Source: Psammoneis japonica
Lineage: Eukaryota
Reading direction: 5' to 3'
Length of the DNA stretch: 64,000 nucleotides
Assembly: GCA_008632985.1 (NCBI GenBank)
Contig: QPGO01000042.1
Span: 372,001 to 436,000 of the forward strand
Under the pieces are notes generated by a model. It did not search any database. It worked only from the letters and a program-made list of their open reading frames with translations, and had not been told where the DNA came from. Shown piece after piece: positions 35,670 to 49,350 of this stretch (the first letter of the stretch is position 1; each line of letters starts with the position of its first letter). A program made the position numbers and the translations under genes.

Positions 35670-38560
35670 GTTCAACTTGTGCCAACGGCAGGGTTTTCCA
35701 TGTCCCCAAAAGCAAAGCTTCTTGCAGGTGAGGCACCACCAATTGTCACCCATTGGAGAACCAGCCAAGAAACAACACTCGGCTCCACCACTGGGGTGTG
35801 TGTGGTGCAAAGTCCCACCCCCCAACTCCAAAATGACAGTGCCATCGTCAAAAATGAGCTTCTGCAGGCCGTCCTGAGGGCAAATGAAAGTGGAAACCTC
35901 AAGGTGTTCTTGATGGTCAAATTCGTCAGCAGGGGCCTCTCATCCTGATGTGCCAGACTCAAAGGAAGCATTGTCGTCAAGGTTTTCAATGGCGGCAGGA
36001 GCCTCTTCCAATTCAACAACAAAGGCAGTGTCCTGGACTTCTTCATCCTCTTGTTGAGAGTGGGGCTTGGGCTGGTCCAAAAGCTCAATGGCAGCAGCGT
36101 CTTCATCAATTCCTTCATTTTCTTTGTCTGATTTGGGAACAGCATGAGGCTCTTGTTCATCCTCTTGAGCCTTGGGTTTGGGCTGGTCCAAGTGCACTTC
36201 TTCTGACTCAACAGAAACGGTGTCTTTGACTGTTTCATCACTTCCTTTGTCCAATTTGGCAACAGCAGTGGGAGGCTTTTGCTGATCGTCTTGAGATTTG
36301 AGCCGACCGGACCCGTCTTCTTCCGACTTGCTTGGTTGCACCATGATGCCAAAGCTGAAGCCACCTGCCCCAATCAACCCTTGGAGAGCTGCAGTTGGAG
36401 CCACGTTTTCTTCTGGCATGCTTGGTTGCGCCATGTTGCAAAAGCTAAAGCCACCTGCCCCAATCGACCCTTGGGGAGCTGCAGCTGGAGCCACGTCTTC
36501 CTCCAATTTTTGTTCTTCTTCCGACTTGCTTGGTTGCACCATGTCGCCAAAGCTGAAGCCGCCCAGCCCAATTGCTCCCTGCAGAGCAGCATCTTGAGCT
36601 GCATCTGGCTTTTCCTGACCAGGCTTGAAGGTTTTGCACGCACCACATGTGATCACATGTTGGCATCGTTCTGGCTCCAGCAGCCACTGCACTTCCATGC
36701 TCCCGGGTCCGGTTGATGCATCTCGGTGGCAAAAAAGCCCAGCACTGGTCCACCCACTGCAGGCTCTGGCATGCCTTGGAGAGGCTTGCAGTCAATGCCT
36801 TGATTGTGATTGTCAAGGACCACTTCTTCATTGGCGGCGGGTTTGGGCATGGCTTGGCTCTGGTCAAACCCACAGGCAGCAACATGGCCAAACGGCATTC
36901 CTCGTTGAATCCAAGATCATGGGTGCAATCAATGGATGCATTTTGGTCACAAAGAGGAGAGGGAGAAACTTCCAAGAATCCAATGACATTCAAAAAGGGA
37001 TGGGCAAGCAACACATCTCCAATTGAAATCTCACTCAAGAGAATGTTGCACAATGAGCATTCTTCGCAACTTGGGTCAATTCAACAAGTCCCAAGAAAGT
37101 GCCGGTGGCAGTTTCTTTTTCACAGTTTTTGTGATGGGGGCTGTTGACGTCAATCATCTGAGTGAGCAATGCTTCAATGTTCCCTTTGGCAACAGCTTTC
37201 AAAAGCAAGAGTGATGGAGGCATGGTGCAGAGAAATCCAACCTTGAGGCAAGCCTCTTCAGCAAAGAGATGTTCCACGTCCAAGTTGCAACAATCAAAGA
37301 TGAACATGCTTTTGCTTCTGGACAAGGCACCAGCTTGGTGATGAGTCAAATTGATCTTGTGAAAGTGCACAATCAAGTCAATCAATGACCTGATGAGCCC
37401 GAGATTCTTGGGAGTGGCCGATGTGATGCAATCTTGTGAGCCGTTTACGGCGGACTTCTTGAGATCACCTTTGGAGCAGACAGTCTGCAAAACAAGGTCG
37501 AGTGCAGACAAAGTGCTCATGGAGTCAATTGAAGCAAATTCGACAATGGCATCTGAGCCATTTTTGCAGGTGAATTTGAGGCTTTGCTTGCAACACAAAG
37601 GAACACGCTGTTTTGGCATGAGTTTGCTTTGGATGAAGCCATCTTGGACTTCTTGTCCAGAATCATTCTGAGACACCCACATGAAACATTCTTCATGAAA
37701 GTGTGCCATCTTTCCCATGGCATTGCACAGTTTCTCAGGCCCATTGAGCAAAGATTGCAGGCTGTGATTGTTCACCAAAGCCAGTTGTGAGTGTCCACTG
37801 CTGACATCCTGCCCCACCACAATGACATTTTCAAGTTGTTTGGCAAGACCAGTGACTGGCATTTGGTTGTCCCCATCAATCCAAAATGGCACCCCATTGG
37901 TTTCAATCATGAGGGCCTTGACGATGTCCTGAGGCTTGGTCAAGGCAAAAATCTTGTTCATGACATCTTCTTTTGATCAAGGGGAGACTCTTCCACTCTT
38001 CAAGGATGGGCCACCATTGCGGACCAGAGACTCCACAGCACTCTCAAATTTGTTGCTGAGATCTTTGGGTTTTTGGTGCAAGCTCAAGAAATGCTGGAGG
38101 GCATTGTTGACTTTGCGAGCAGACTCCTTGCCAACATTGGCAACCTTCTTTGACAATTGAGCCTTGCGAGCCTTGGCTTGATCGCCAACTTGTTCAACTT
38201 TCTTGACAATGTTGGCCCCTTCTTTCTTCATGGCGCAGCCAATGCTGTGCCCAAGGTTGTCAATGGCACTGGATTTGGTCAAATTGATCTTGTTGATTGT
38301 CCCAGTTGCTTCCACTGCCACCACTGGTCTTGTTGCCCTGGACGTCATTGCCCTGGATGATCTTGTTGCTAAACTGCACATTGACGTGAAATGTGGCATC
38401 TGAAGGGGCCCCGGCAAAGAGTCCAGCAAAACTTGGTGGCCTTGACTCTAACAACAGCTGGAGGACACCGCTGCCACCACCTCCATTGGAAGGGGTGGCA
38501 GGGTTGTTGGAAGCATGGGGAGGACGGGGGGGGGGGGACACTGGCCTTGTCATTGTCATT
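35670..38560 (-). pseudogene. Degenerate long coding relic of unknown family, with three GxIGxGGFSFxxMxQPS repeats and an acidic region
   Basis: Consecutive minus-strand ORFs (150, 308, 252 aa) have protein-like composition but no Tyr. There are three ~90-bp repeats at 36318-36592. Confidence 0.45.
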
Positions 38561-41500
38561 GTTTGATTCTGGGAAGAGAAGTGGGCAAGGCGTGAGAGTG
38601 CATTGCACGGGACGGAACAAACACACAGTTGCAGTCTCACAACAATGTTGAGTTGTGTGCCAACACTTGACGGTGGAGGTTGTTGACAGTGACTCCTCCA
38701 GGGGAGCTCTGGCTCCTCCGCCACAAAAGACACACGCCCCACTCTGAGACCAAAAACGTGAGACAAAATGCCTTGAGGTTGGCCTCAAAGCATTCCTTTG
38801 GTGCGTTGGATCCATCAACATCAAGCAGAAGCACAAAAAGAGTGGAGAGCTCTTCGTTGGGTGGGTTGGGTGTCTTGCTGACAGTTGCATGCATCTTGTT
38901 GTCAAGAACACAAGTGGTGCACAAACAATTTTTCAAGAAATTCTTCCAGGATCCACCGACCGTGCATCCAAGCTGAGCACCAAGGGTGTCGCAGGAATTT
39001 TCAAGGTCTTTCATCAGCTTCTTGTCCTGTTGCTGTCCCCTTGGAGGGAGCGTTTTGATGAAAGCAAGGACACTGTTGTGTTCTGAATTGGGCCATCATG
39101 GGCCAAAGCAACAAGAGACTGAGTGCTCTTTGTGCAAAGCTGTCTGTTCGTTCACCTTGGCCACAAAGGTTGCTGAGTCCCACAGAGACACCACAGTGGT
39201 GTTGCTTCCTGGATCTGTCACAATCATGTCCTTTGTGGCAATCCTGTGTGCAAAACAATGAAAAGAGGGTGTTTGTCAGAGGACGAAAGCATTGGTCATC
39301 CGATCAATTGGGCTCATCTCATTGACCGATTGGACTGCCACACACCATCCACCATCCAAAATGCAGCCACTCACCTCATCTCTCAAACTTTTTGTCTGCC
39401 AGCCATGTGTTTGCACTGTGGGATGTGAGAGAAAACGCAGTGGGTCAGCACGCCATTTGTTTGCTGTTTTCCAATTGTCCCATTTCAGCCCCTTGTCAAA
39501 CTGAATCAACTCACCTTTCCATGGGCCTCTTGTCATTCCTCTGCAGTTTGTTTGTTGCTTGTGGCTTCAATCAACAGCAATTGCTCCAATGTGGGACAAA
39601 CATTGGCACTTCTGTCGTTGAAATGCGAAACTGAGAAGAGCAGAAAAGAGCCATCATCATTGCTCATCACAGGTTCCCGATGCAATCTCCATGCAATCTT
39701 TTGAATCCGGGTGCAAACACTCAGAGCATTGGAAAAAATGATGTCAGTTGTTTTGTCACCCCCCACCACAGACACCGGTTCAGTCCGGCGCACTTCCTGC
39801 ATGGGGCACATTGCCACTTGAAAGGGAATCCTGAGATGGAATCTCAATGGCTGGCACTGCATGGAATGCAATCTTGACGTCATGTGCTGAGCCTCGTAAA
39901 ATGACTGCAACATTGTTTGTGCAGGTCTTGTAAAATGATCGGATTATTTTTACAAAATTGCTTGGGGCCCTGCATCACCTCCCAGCTCCCTTGCCGGAGT
40001 TTTGCATGTCAGAGCAAAAGTGTGTTCCATGTCAATGGCATGACACAACATTGACACTGAGAGTGCGCCCGGTCATGCAAACATTCAGAAATCTCAAAGC
40101 CTTCAAATGACACACTGCTGCAACAAAAATGTCGTGCGCGATCCGTCCCCGGAGTTTTTTGCATCTCTCAACTCTGGGTGACTGTGGAGACCTGCGCAGA
40201 ATCCCACACAATGTTTTTGCCACATCTTTCACATCACACCGCAAAAACCAACCATGAGCACCAGCTGCATCACCTGCCACACCACACAATGCGCAAGCAA
40301 ACCACCTGAAGAGGCTGGTCGCAGGCCCACCAGGTCCTGCAAGCACTTGGCATTGCAATGGTGAGCTCATTTTATTGTCAACTGGGGGAAGAATTGTCAT
40401 TCAATGGATCAACAAGATCATGCAAACCAAGCCCTGCAAAGCAACAGTTTAAAGTTCATCATGCATTTGCCAGAGTTAATTCTAGCCAAGGAAGGGAGAC
40501 AAAAGGATCACATGCCCAGGATGTCCAACTGTGAGTGCACCACATTGGATCCCAACTTGCCATTTGATTTCAAGTTTCAAGGCAGAGTTTGAAGAAAAAG
40601 CCGCCAATTCGTCACATCATGTCATGTGATGTCCGAAGGTGCGGTGTCTGTGACAAGCTGCCGGCTGGCGCTTTCTTCTCAAGACGTGCCGAGAAAAGGC
40701 ATTGCAACAATGTGAGTGAATGCTCGTGCTTCTTCTGTTTGTTTGTTGTGTGTCATTCTAACCAATGAAACTTGCTTCAACATGTCAAACAGAGCAAGGA
40801 CGGGTTTGCCGGACAAAAAAATGTGTCCCAGCTCACCGCACTGAGCAATGCTTGGAGGTCGGAGATGATCACAACAACCCAGTTCGGAAGTTCTCACTCT
40901 GTCAGACTTCTGCCATGACATGGTTGGACTTGCTGCAGTGAACACCAAGCTCAAGAAGTGTTGCATGCACACTTTTGTCTGGGGCATCAAATGTCTGCAA
41001 TGAGACTTTTGTTCATTGCAGCCACTGACACCCACCAACCACATGTTGTGACATTCTTCCACACCTGGGATGGTCAGTTCTGACTGTTGGAGTGCACACT
41101 CAGCATCCCACTGTCAACATTGTGCACCACAAACTCATCCATGCCTGAGACAGTTTGGGCTGACTGTTGGAACACATGCTCAGCACACTGGTGTCTGGGA
41201 CATCAACTGTCTGCAATGAGATTTTACAGCCACTGTCACCCACTTGTGACATTGTGACACTCGTCCATGCCTGGGAACCACATTTCCGATCTTTGTGCAT
41301 CTCGTTGCAAAAGATTTCCTGGTTTGGGTGAAAAAGGACAAGGGACAGAGCATCATTCTTGTAGTCTGCTCTTGTCGAACTTGTTCGTCCCTCTCTCTCT
41401 CGCCACAGTCGAACATGCCTTGAGAGAAGACCCCAGTTGAGTCTCAAGGACTCAAAAATCAGAGGAGGGATGAAACAAAGTCCCACTTTTGATGCAGAGG

Positions 41501-42581
41501 TCATGTGCAAACTTGTCAAGACAATGCTCTGGATTGTTTTCCAAAACACATTGCAGTGCATCGCAGTGCTGTTGCTGAAAGTGCCGCCCTTCTTTCCAAC
41601 CTCCAGCTGACCGTTTTAAAACTTCTCCACTCTTTTGAAGCATCACAAGGCAATTCACCACAGAAGAGGCAATGCTTGTGCCAACATCTGAGTTGGCTTT
41701 TAGCATTCACCAACTCTAAAATATTCTCTGTGCCATGTCTGAGTTTTGCTGCAAGGCTCATCGCACCCACAAGCAACTCAAGCTGAGTTGCAATGAATGC
41801 TGTGGTGTCTCTTTGAGTTGCCTGTCCTGCAGCAGCACAGGTGGACCTGACAAGGGTGCAGCAAACTGCAAAAACAAAAGCAATCTCTGGCACTTTTTTC
41901 CCATGGAAGTGGCAGGTAGCGTCTGCATGCACTTCTGCGCTGTGCATGCCAAGAATGCTGCCAACAAATCACTTTTCACAAGACGCTCCATGGCATTGTC
42001 GACCGCTGCTCCTGCCTCATTCTGAAGCTTTCCTGCCGGTCCTTGGCATTGCAGCACTTTTTTTTATCATGATGGTCATCAACATGAGCGAGCATGAAGA
42101 AGAGACGGAGTCAATTGGTGAGGAAGACCTGGAGAGCCGCTTGACCGCAATGAGGCGCTGCCGCCAAGCATGACAGCTAACACACCGGTGGAGCCGGCCT
42201 TCAGTTAGGGCCCTACAGAGTACATCGCGCGCATGCACAACGCACAAGGGAAAGGGACGGTTTTGAAAATCGCGGATGCTGTGTCAAAAACAAATGGGCA
42301 AGGGAATAAGAGATCACCACTGACAAGAGAAACATATAACTGCTGTCCTCTGGAGGGAAAAAAGTGGAGTCTATGACTCGATACGCATTGTGTATCTTCT
42401 AAAAATAGGACATGACAGATTATATCACGAGTATTCCAAGCATCCAACCAACCTAGTCTCTTCCCGCTTTACCGAGACATCTACGTAACACCCTCAGGAT
42501 TTCCAAGTCACCCACAACGGCATAATGTAGCGAGCGTATCTCCTCGAAACGTAAAACTGCACACAGAGCCGCAGAATCCAC

Positions 42582-44634
42582 CTATGATAAATGTCTGGTT
42601 TCTTTGTCGCTATCGCTGTCTTCATCGTCGTCAACTTCTTTTTTTGCAATCGTTTGCACGACGATCTGAGATTCTTTTCCAATCCACTCGGTGTGACTCA
42701 ATGTCTCAACAGCTCTATGAGAAGGCGAAACACCGGAGCCACTTCCTACTGAAGCACCACTGTCAGCACTGACTTTGCTTTTATCGGAACTGTCTTTGCT
42801 ATTTCCAGTCCCGGGCTTTCTTAGGTACGACTTTGGCTGATGACACGAGAAAAAAGATACATTAGCAGCAACCAGCAGCAACAAGTACAAAGAAAGACCG
42901 GCGAGAACTTACGTCAGGGTCGTTGTGACCAGGTGGGTGTACGCCACGATCCAGCTGTACTTCGTCCCGGCTGTCCATGCAATTCAGTTGACGCATTCGT
43001 CGAGCCCACCGGACAATACGACGTCCCATCATATGAACCACAGACCGCCGCTTCTGCCAACGAGCCAATACCTTTGGTGGAAGATGAGAGACGATGCGTT
43101 TCGGTGGTCGTTCCGATGAAACGCCAGGTTGGGTAACCGTCACTGGAGAGTTACTAAGCAGGTCAGGAGGCTTGTCCCCGCTTTCCACAAGTTGATCCCA
43201 TGTTTTGATGTTGTCTTCGACAGCACGCGTTCGCGGCCGATTTGGGTGGACCACTATGTATGCCGCATATTCTTCTGAATCCGTCCTCGTTCGATCAAGC
43301 AAGTCTGGTGGAGGTCTAAACTTTGGGGACACAAGTTCAACGTTTCCGATATGCATTCGAGCCTCCTTTATGCGGTTCAACGTAATGACCCAGTCCTTAC
43401 AAGAGCTACTCGTCCCAGCGCGCAGGTGATAAGGACGATCAGATACTTGGATGGTAAACCTACATGCTGTCGGATCGGTGTTGTCCATTACAATGTCACC
43501 AACCTGAGTCGAATAAAAACAGGGTGAGACGCAATCAGATGCAACAGGCAAGATGCATTTAACAGCATTTTCGTCCTTACCTTGCAAAGGTCCAAAGTTG
43601 CCAGAAGCTTGGTTCGGCTGCTTGACTTGTAGTAAGAAAGGCATTCTCCATCAGTCTCGAAGAACCTACGCTGCCACTTCCCATTTCTACCTAACTTATG
43701 GAGGTAGCCATAAATGATGGGTCCACTATGCTCACCCCACGGATCATCATCGCTATCGTAAGAGTTTAAGGTGTGCGGAACCCCTCGACGACCAGGCTGT
43801 CCTCGCTCCTTCGAAGAGAGTCTCTTCTGAAATAAGCAAAAATCAACACGAAAAGGTAAGGGCATGCTCTCACAACGTAAGCTAAATACCGACTATCTCT
43901 GACATTCTCGTACTTACCCGTGTGGTGCGTATTATGCGGCCAATCGAATTCGCTCTCTCCCGGTTGCTGGAGCTATCATGAGATCCAGTAACGGATGAAG
44001 GCTCCGTGTTTTCGTCGTCTTCAAACTGACCATCTTGAAAATTGCTGAAAGTGGGGACATAGTGTTGCTGCGGTGGCACCGATGGGGTGGAATGTGTCAC
44101 AGTTCTTTGGGGTGTTGGTCCTTGCGACAGACTTGGATCTCCCACTCCCACTCCGACCCCGTCTTGAGATTGTCCCAGCGGCTGATCTATGGACACTGCG
44201 CCCGTATTAGGAGGAGTGTGAGTGTGAGTACCGGACATGTTCGCCTCTGTGTTTACTGGTAAAGCAGCATTTGCCGGGTCCGACAGAGGTGTGTTACCCA
44301 CGGAATAACCTATCCCTGAGCTGGAAGGGGTTGTTTGAGATTTCATATGGCTGGGAGGCATGGAGCGTCCTTGCACATTGGGAGGAGGAGCGCTGGAAAT
44401 GCCGCGACCGGGAGTCACCGATGAATCACCAACGCTCTCGACAGCGTCCGATGCGCGCACCGAGCTGTTCATCACAGGAAGGTTCAGCTCAGGCGGTGCC
44501 ACCGGCAGTGTCGAGGAAGCTACCTCATTTGAAGGTATGGGCGTACCAGCAGGGCGCTGGGGAGTCTTCATCCCGGCATATGTAGAACCCGGGTCTGAGC
44601 TGCCGCTGCCTGACGGCGTTGGTGACAAGTTCAT
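42582..44634 (-). CDS. PH-domain protein, multi-exon
   Basis: IIYGYLHKLGRNGKWQRRFFETDGECLSYYK...DRPYHLRA....CKDWVITLNR. Low-complexity S/P/T N-terminus and GT-AG introns. Confidence 0.8.
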
Positions 44635-45363
44635 GCTTTAGGTGAATTCTCTGTCTCTCTCTCTTCTAAGTAGAACCCAACACCAACACCCAGCCCAATC
44701 GTTATACTATCTGATAGGTACCCAATAACTCCGTTCTTTCAGTGGTTGCTTTCGTTCCAATATGCTTCGAAGAGTCGTTGTAAATGGATAGTTTGCTTTT
44801 CCTCTTTGTTCTGTCGGGCTTCTGGCTCCCGCAAAAAAAAAAGTCTCGTCGCTCTCTGCGCTGGTGGAACTCAGTACAAAACCTACGCCTGATTGACGAC
44901 ACGACTGCAGGCACGAAGCTTGCGCTTGAAGTACCAAAGCAAAGCCTGTGTGGTTTCTACGTACCCTCTAGGAGTGTATATAATATATACATGTAATCGG
45001 CAATGATTTATGTTGGTACAGGAATCGTCCAACGACAATGTTAACCAGTATTAAATTATGCATATATATAAACATTTTTATTTAAAGGGGGCATTCGTGC
45101 ATATTTACAGATTTATGCACAGGTATGGCTCTTTCTAGTCTTTTCCCTATAGTGATGTCAGAGTTCGTACTAGTATATTGATAAATACATAATGCATTAC
45201 ATCCGTCGAAATCGGTATTCTGATGAGGCGGCCAGACCGATTACACGCACCACTTACTAAAAATATTCACACGTACCTTTTGTACTGAATCCTACGTCTC
45301 ACAGTATGAACCCATGAAGATTGTGCGCGTCGCATCAACCGCACAAGCTCTCGAATTGCCACC

Positions 45364-46128
45364 ATGGTGCTTGAGAAGACAAAAGTCATCGACGGCCGCG
45401 ACCATCTCCTTGGTCGCCTCGCCTCCGTGGTCGCTAAGGAGCTCCTCGCTGGACAGAAAATTGTGATTGTGAGATGCGATGAGATGTGCATCTCGGGGTC
45501 TCGTAAGTTCATCGCAACGAGGCTGATACTGGGTCTCGTCTTTGACGCGTTTTGGCTGGCTTAACTAGTTTGTCCTTCTCACTTTGGAAAGCACCATCAT
45601 CGAGAACAAGAAACATCATATCTCAACTTTTATTTTTCCTTCTTGTCGTTCTCTACCTCAGTTGTTCGCAACCGCGTCAAGTATGAGCAGTTCCGCAGGA
45701 AGCACATGAACACCAACCCGCGAAAGGGTCCCTTCCACTTCAAGAGCCCAGCTCGCATGGTATGGAGGACTATCCGCGGTATGGTTCACCAGAAGACGGC
45801 TCGTGGTCAGGACGCCATCTCTCGTCTCTCCACATTTGAGGGAATCCCAGCCCCCTACGACAAGCAGAAGCGTGTTGTTGTTCCTGCAGCCCTTCGAGTC
45901 ATGCGCCTCAAACCCGGACGTGACTACACCGTCATTGGGGATCTTGCCCATTCGATTGGATGGAAGCACCGTGACCTTCTCAAGCGTTTGGAAGACAAGA
46001 GGAAATCTGATGCGGAAGCTTTCTTTCAGAAGAAGAAAGAAAAGAACGCTCTGCGTGAAAAGGCCATTGCTGCCTCTGCATCTGAACTTGCCAAGGTGAA
46101 CGAGGTTCTTGTCGCTGCTGGGTACTAG
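45364..46128 (+). CDS. RPL13A: 60S ribosomal protein L13a (uL13)
   Basis: [30 protein letters not shown] and [11 protein letters not shown]. Intron 45503-45661. Confidence 0.97.
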
Positions 46129-46596
46129 ATAATACGTTCTCTTTTGTAAAGAAAATTATAACTTATCAAAAAATTATGATGTTCAGTAGCCTAGGTGCCA
46201 TCGAACTTGTGTGGGAAATAGTGTAGTGTCAGCAAGGGGTGCGTGCTTCGTAGCTTTGAGATGTGCGGCTTGTGCTTGTGGGGGATCCTTGCCAATTACC
46301 ACATCTGGAGGAGAAGGGGCTATGATGATGCATCATCACTAGTATTATGGTTCAGTAGAACTAGCTAGGGCAGAAGTATAACGTAACGAGCTTTAACCAA
46401 AGAACGAGAAGGTGTCATTGCGTGTTGAAACAGAGGGAGGAACAGCACGCGTGCGCGAGGCGCAAGCATGCACTTTCTGTCGCGAGATGTGGATTGGATT
46501 GGCGCCACATTCCACATTGCAACTTGTACGTACGAAGACGAAAGAAAAAGAAACAATTGTAGCAGCGAAACGGAAAGCAGCAAAGTGAGCTCGACA

Positions 46597-47537
46597 ATGG
46601 TTCTTTCAGCAGGGTTTATCGGCTCAGGAATGATGGCATCAGCATTGATGGACGGAATTATCAACCAGAAGGTTGCAAGCGCAGAAAGTATATCCTGCTC
46701 AGACGTCTGGGAACCTGCAAGGGCGGCTGCAGCAGCCAAGGGCATCCATGCGACAGCTTCCAATGCAGAAGTGTGTGATCGTACCAAGGATGCCATTATT
46801 CTGGCCGTGAAACCGAATATCGTTCCGGATGCTTGTGCCGACGTGTCATCGGCGGGCGGGTCTGCTCTTGTCATTAGCATCGCGGCTGGAGTGACGCTGA
46901 AAACCCTGGAGAGGCTTTTACCAGGACGGAGGGTTGTCCGAGTCATGCCAAACACCCCTTGCCTCGTTGGAGAGGCCGCAACTGGATTTTGTTTAGGAAG
47001 TCTCGCTAGTGATGAAGACCGCGAAACTGTGCAAACCATTTTCGGATCCGTTGGAGTTGCAATGGAAGTAACCGAACCCTTATTGAATGCCATTACTGGC
47101 TTATCAGGAAGTGGTCCTGCTTTTGTTTTTCAGTTTATCGAGGCCCTTAGTGATGGAGGTGTTCGATCCGGCCTGCCTAGGAATGTAGCAACGACTCTAG
47201 CGGCCCAAGTTTGTAAGGGAGCCGCAGAGATGGTTTTGAAAACGGGAAAACATCCCGGCCTTCTCAAGGACGGAGTCACTTCACCAGGTGGAACCACCAT
47301 TGCAGGTGTAGAAGCATTAGAGAATGGGTAAGAGATTGTCATTCAATTCTCCGCTATGAAACTACTTGTACCCGCAAAACTTGAATTTCAATATGCTGCT
47401 CACTTTTTCATCTACGTTTCAACCTTTACAGTGGACTACGGGCTACAACGATTGCTGCAGTGAGAGCTGCGACAAAGCGATCCATGCAGCTTGGCGACAT
47501 TCCGGAAGAAGAGATTCGAAACAAATATAATCTTTAA
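46597..47537 (+). CDS. proC: Pyrroline-5-carboxylate reductase
   Basis: GFIGSGMMA, ILAVKP, ISIAAGV, VRVMPNTP, TGLSGSGPAF, VTSPGGTTIAG. Intron 47328-47431. Confidence 0.96.
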
Positions 47538-47972
47538 CAAAGCTTTTCGTATCATGTCTTTCTCGAACGACTGACTCATTCGTCTTTCATCTTGTGCAGC
47601 AGTCGAATAGCAGACTTTGAAGATGCCTTCACATGAAGCAAATACGGGAAAGCAACTATAGAGTAAGCCCATTTTTTTTATGGAGTTGGGCTTTGCTAGA
47701 GATTCAAGATAGAGTACCAAACTTTGGTTCTAAGCTACCGGTACAACCGCGCCCGAATAACCGGGTTCGTAAAATCGTTTCCCGCGTGATTGATGCTACA
47801 GCATAGCACCGGTATTGTATCTTTGAAGAAAATGGAATCATCTTTGGCAAGAGCGAAGGGGCGATCATCGTGCATCGTGCTCATTGCACATTCTGCAAGC
47901 GAGCTAAGCAAGGAAGGCAGCGCAAAGAGGTCGAGGGCCACCAACAACTAAGCCAAGAGGCACAGAGACACC

Positions 47973-48932
47973 ATGACGCGTAATCCACTCAGCGATATCG
48001 ACGGAAAATGGGTTGGAGATGGTTCCGAAGGAGTTCTGTCCTTGTCGTTGCCCGAACTATCGATTGAATCCCAGAGAAAGGGGAGCCCATGCAATGTCAT
48101 TCTGGATTGTGGTGAATCGTCGTTAACGAACAATTTCTACTTTGAGATTGAAATCACAAAGCTGGAAGGAAACATTTCCATCGGTGTAGTCAAAAAAGAT
48201 GATTTTCATCCCGGGTACAAGACAAAAGGCATGTTCTACAACGGGAATGTAACGAATGGATCCGCTGCACTTATTGTGGCATTCGGAGAGTACGTGAAAG
48301 AAGGTAGCACGATTGGCGTGGCGGTATTCCAGCATGAAGTTCCGGGAACTCTCAAGACCATATTTTACCTGAATGGATTTTGCTTAGGTGTAGCATTCAC
48401 CTTGGAGGGAGTTCAGCCTGGAAGTCTCTTTTGGCCCTGTATTCACGTATCGGGCAAGGCAACAGTCAAGTACATAGCGCCGCCGAATATGCCCGAAGAT
48501 ACCGAACGCAAGGTTCAGCAACATGAAGATGCCTACCTTGGAGACTGGAAGATAGAGAAGCTTCTTACAGGGCCTGAGCTTCATGAGTTTTCACTTCCTC
48601 CAAATCACGACATTGTCATGTCGCTTCGCAAAGAGGATCGTAGCGGCACGACCTACGATTTCTCAGTAAAGGTTGCAAACACGCTTGCCACGAACATTGT
48701 AGTTAAAGGAAAAGCAGAGGCATTTGATTCGATTGAAGTTGGTCCAACACGGGCGACAATGATGATGCCCCCGCCCGACTTGGAGCCTTTGGAGAGTTTG
48801 GTTGCATCATCGCTGCCAAAACTTTTCAAAATGATTTATGCATCTGACAAACTCATCATGACTGGCGCTGATGTTGAGCTCACCGCCCATCGTTACTTAA
48901 AAAGCTTCCAACCTTTAGAAAGGTACAACTAG
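47973..48932 (+). CDS. SPRY/B30.2-like domain protein with a possible C-terminal META/HslJ-like domain
   Basis: FYFEIEI, ISIGVV, GSTIGV, FYLNG..LGVAF and FWPCI fit SPRY. The C-terminal GPTRATMMMPP only weakly suggests META. Confidence 0.6.
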   Translation: MTRNPLSDIDGKWVGDGSEGVLSLSLPELSIESQRKGSPCNVILDCGESSLTNNFYFEIEITKLEGNISIGVVKKDDFHPGYKTKGMFYNGNVTNGSAALIVAFGEYVKEGSTIGVAVFQHEVPGTLKTIFYLNGFCLGVAFTLEGVQPGSLFWPCIHVSGKATVKYIAPPNMPEDTERKVQQHEDAYLGDWKIEKLLTGPELHEFSLPPNHDIVMSLRKEDRSGTTYDFSVKVANTLATNIVVKGKAEAFDSIEVGPTRATMMMPPPDLEPLESLVASSLPKLFKMIYASDKLIMTGADVELTAHRYLKSFQPLERYN

Positions 48933-49350
48933 CAAGATTTTTGAGCTTTTTGTGCGAAATTCAAAACAGCTTGGAAAGCGTTGGAACGCATCATAAAATT
49001 AGGGATCGTCTCGATCTAAAGTATGTACGGTACTCGTAGAAGTATTCATATGTAGTGCAACTTACCGGTAACCTTACCGATACCGGTAGATAGAAGTCGT
49101 CGATCTCACATCATGGCACTCATCGTACTCATTACCCATTAGTTTTGGCGGGAAACTTGGATGGTCCGCGCCGTTCGCTCGAGCTCTCAAACTTCCGCAC
49201 GCAACGCACCTGCTTCCGCGCTCCATCCTCCATCCTCCATCCTTCGAACTTCAATCAGCACCAACATACCGATTGACAATACTGGCAAACCCCATCCTCT
49301 TTTCTGACGTTTGCGCAAGAACTTTCAATTGATGGCACGAGAAACTCAGG

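Noticed and set aside
45203..45232. Hammerhead-like GAAA...CTGATGA with a closing stem
   Set aside because: Only 8 nt separate the core motifs, too short for stems I and III.
45503..45661. Intronic snoRNA in RPL13A
   Set aside because: No recognisable C box (RTGATGA) and D box pair.
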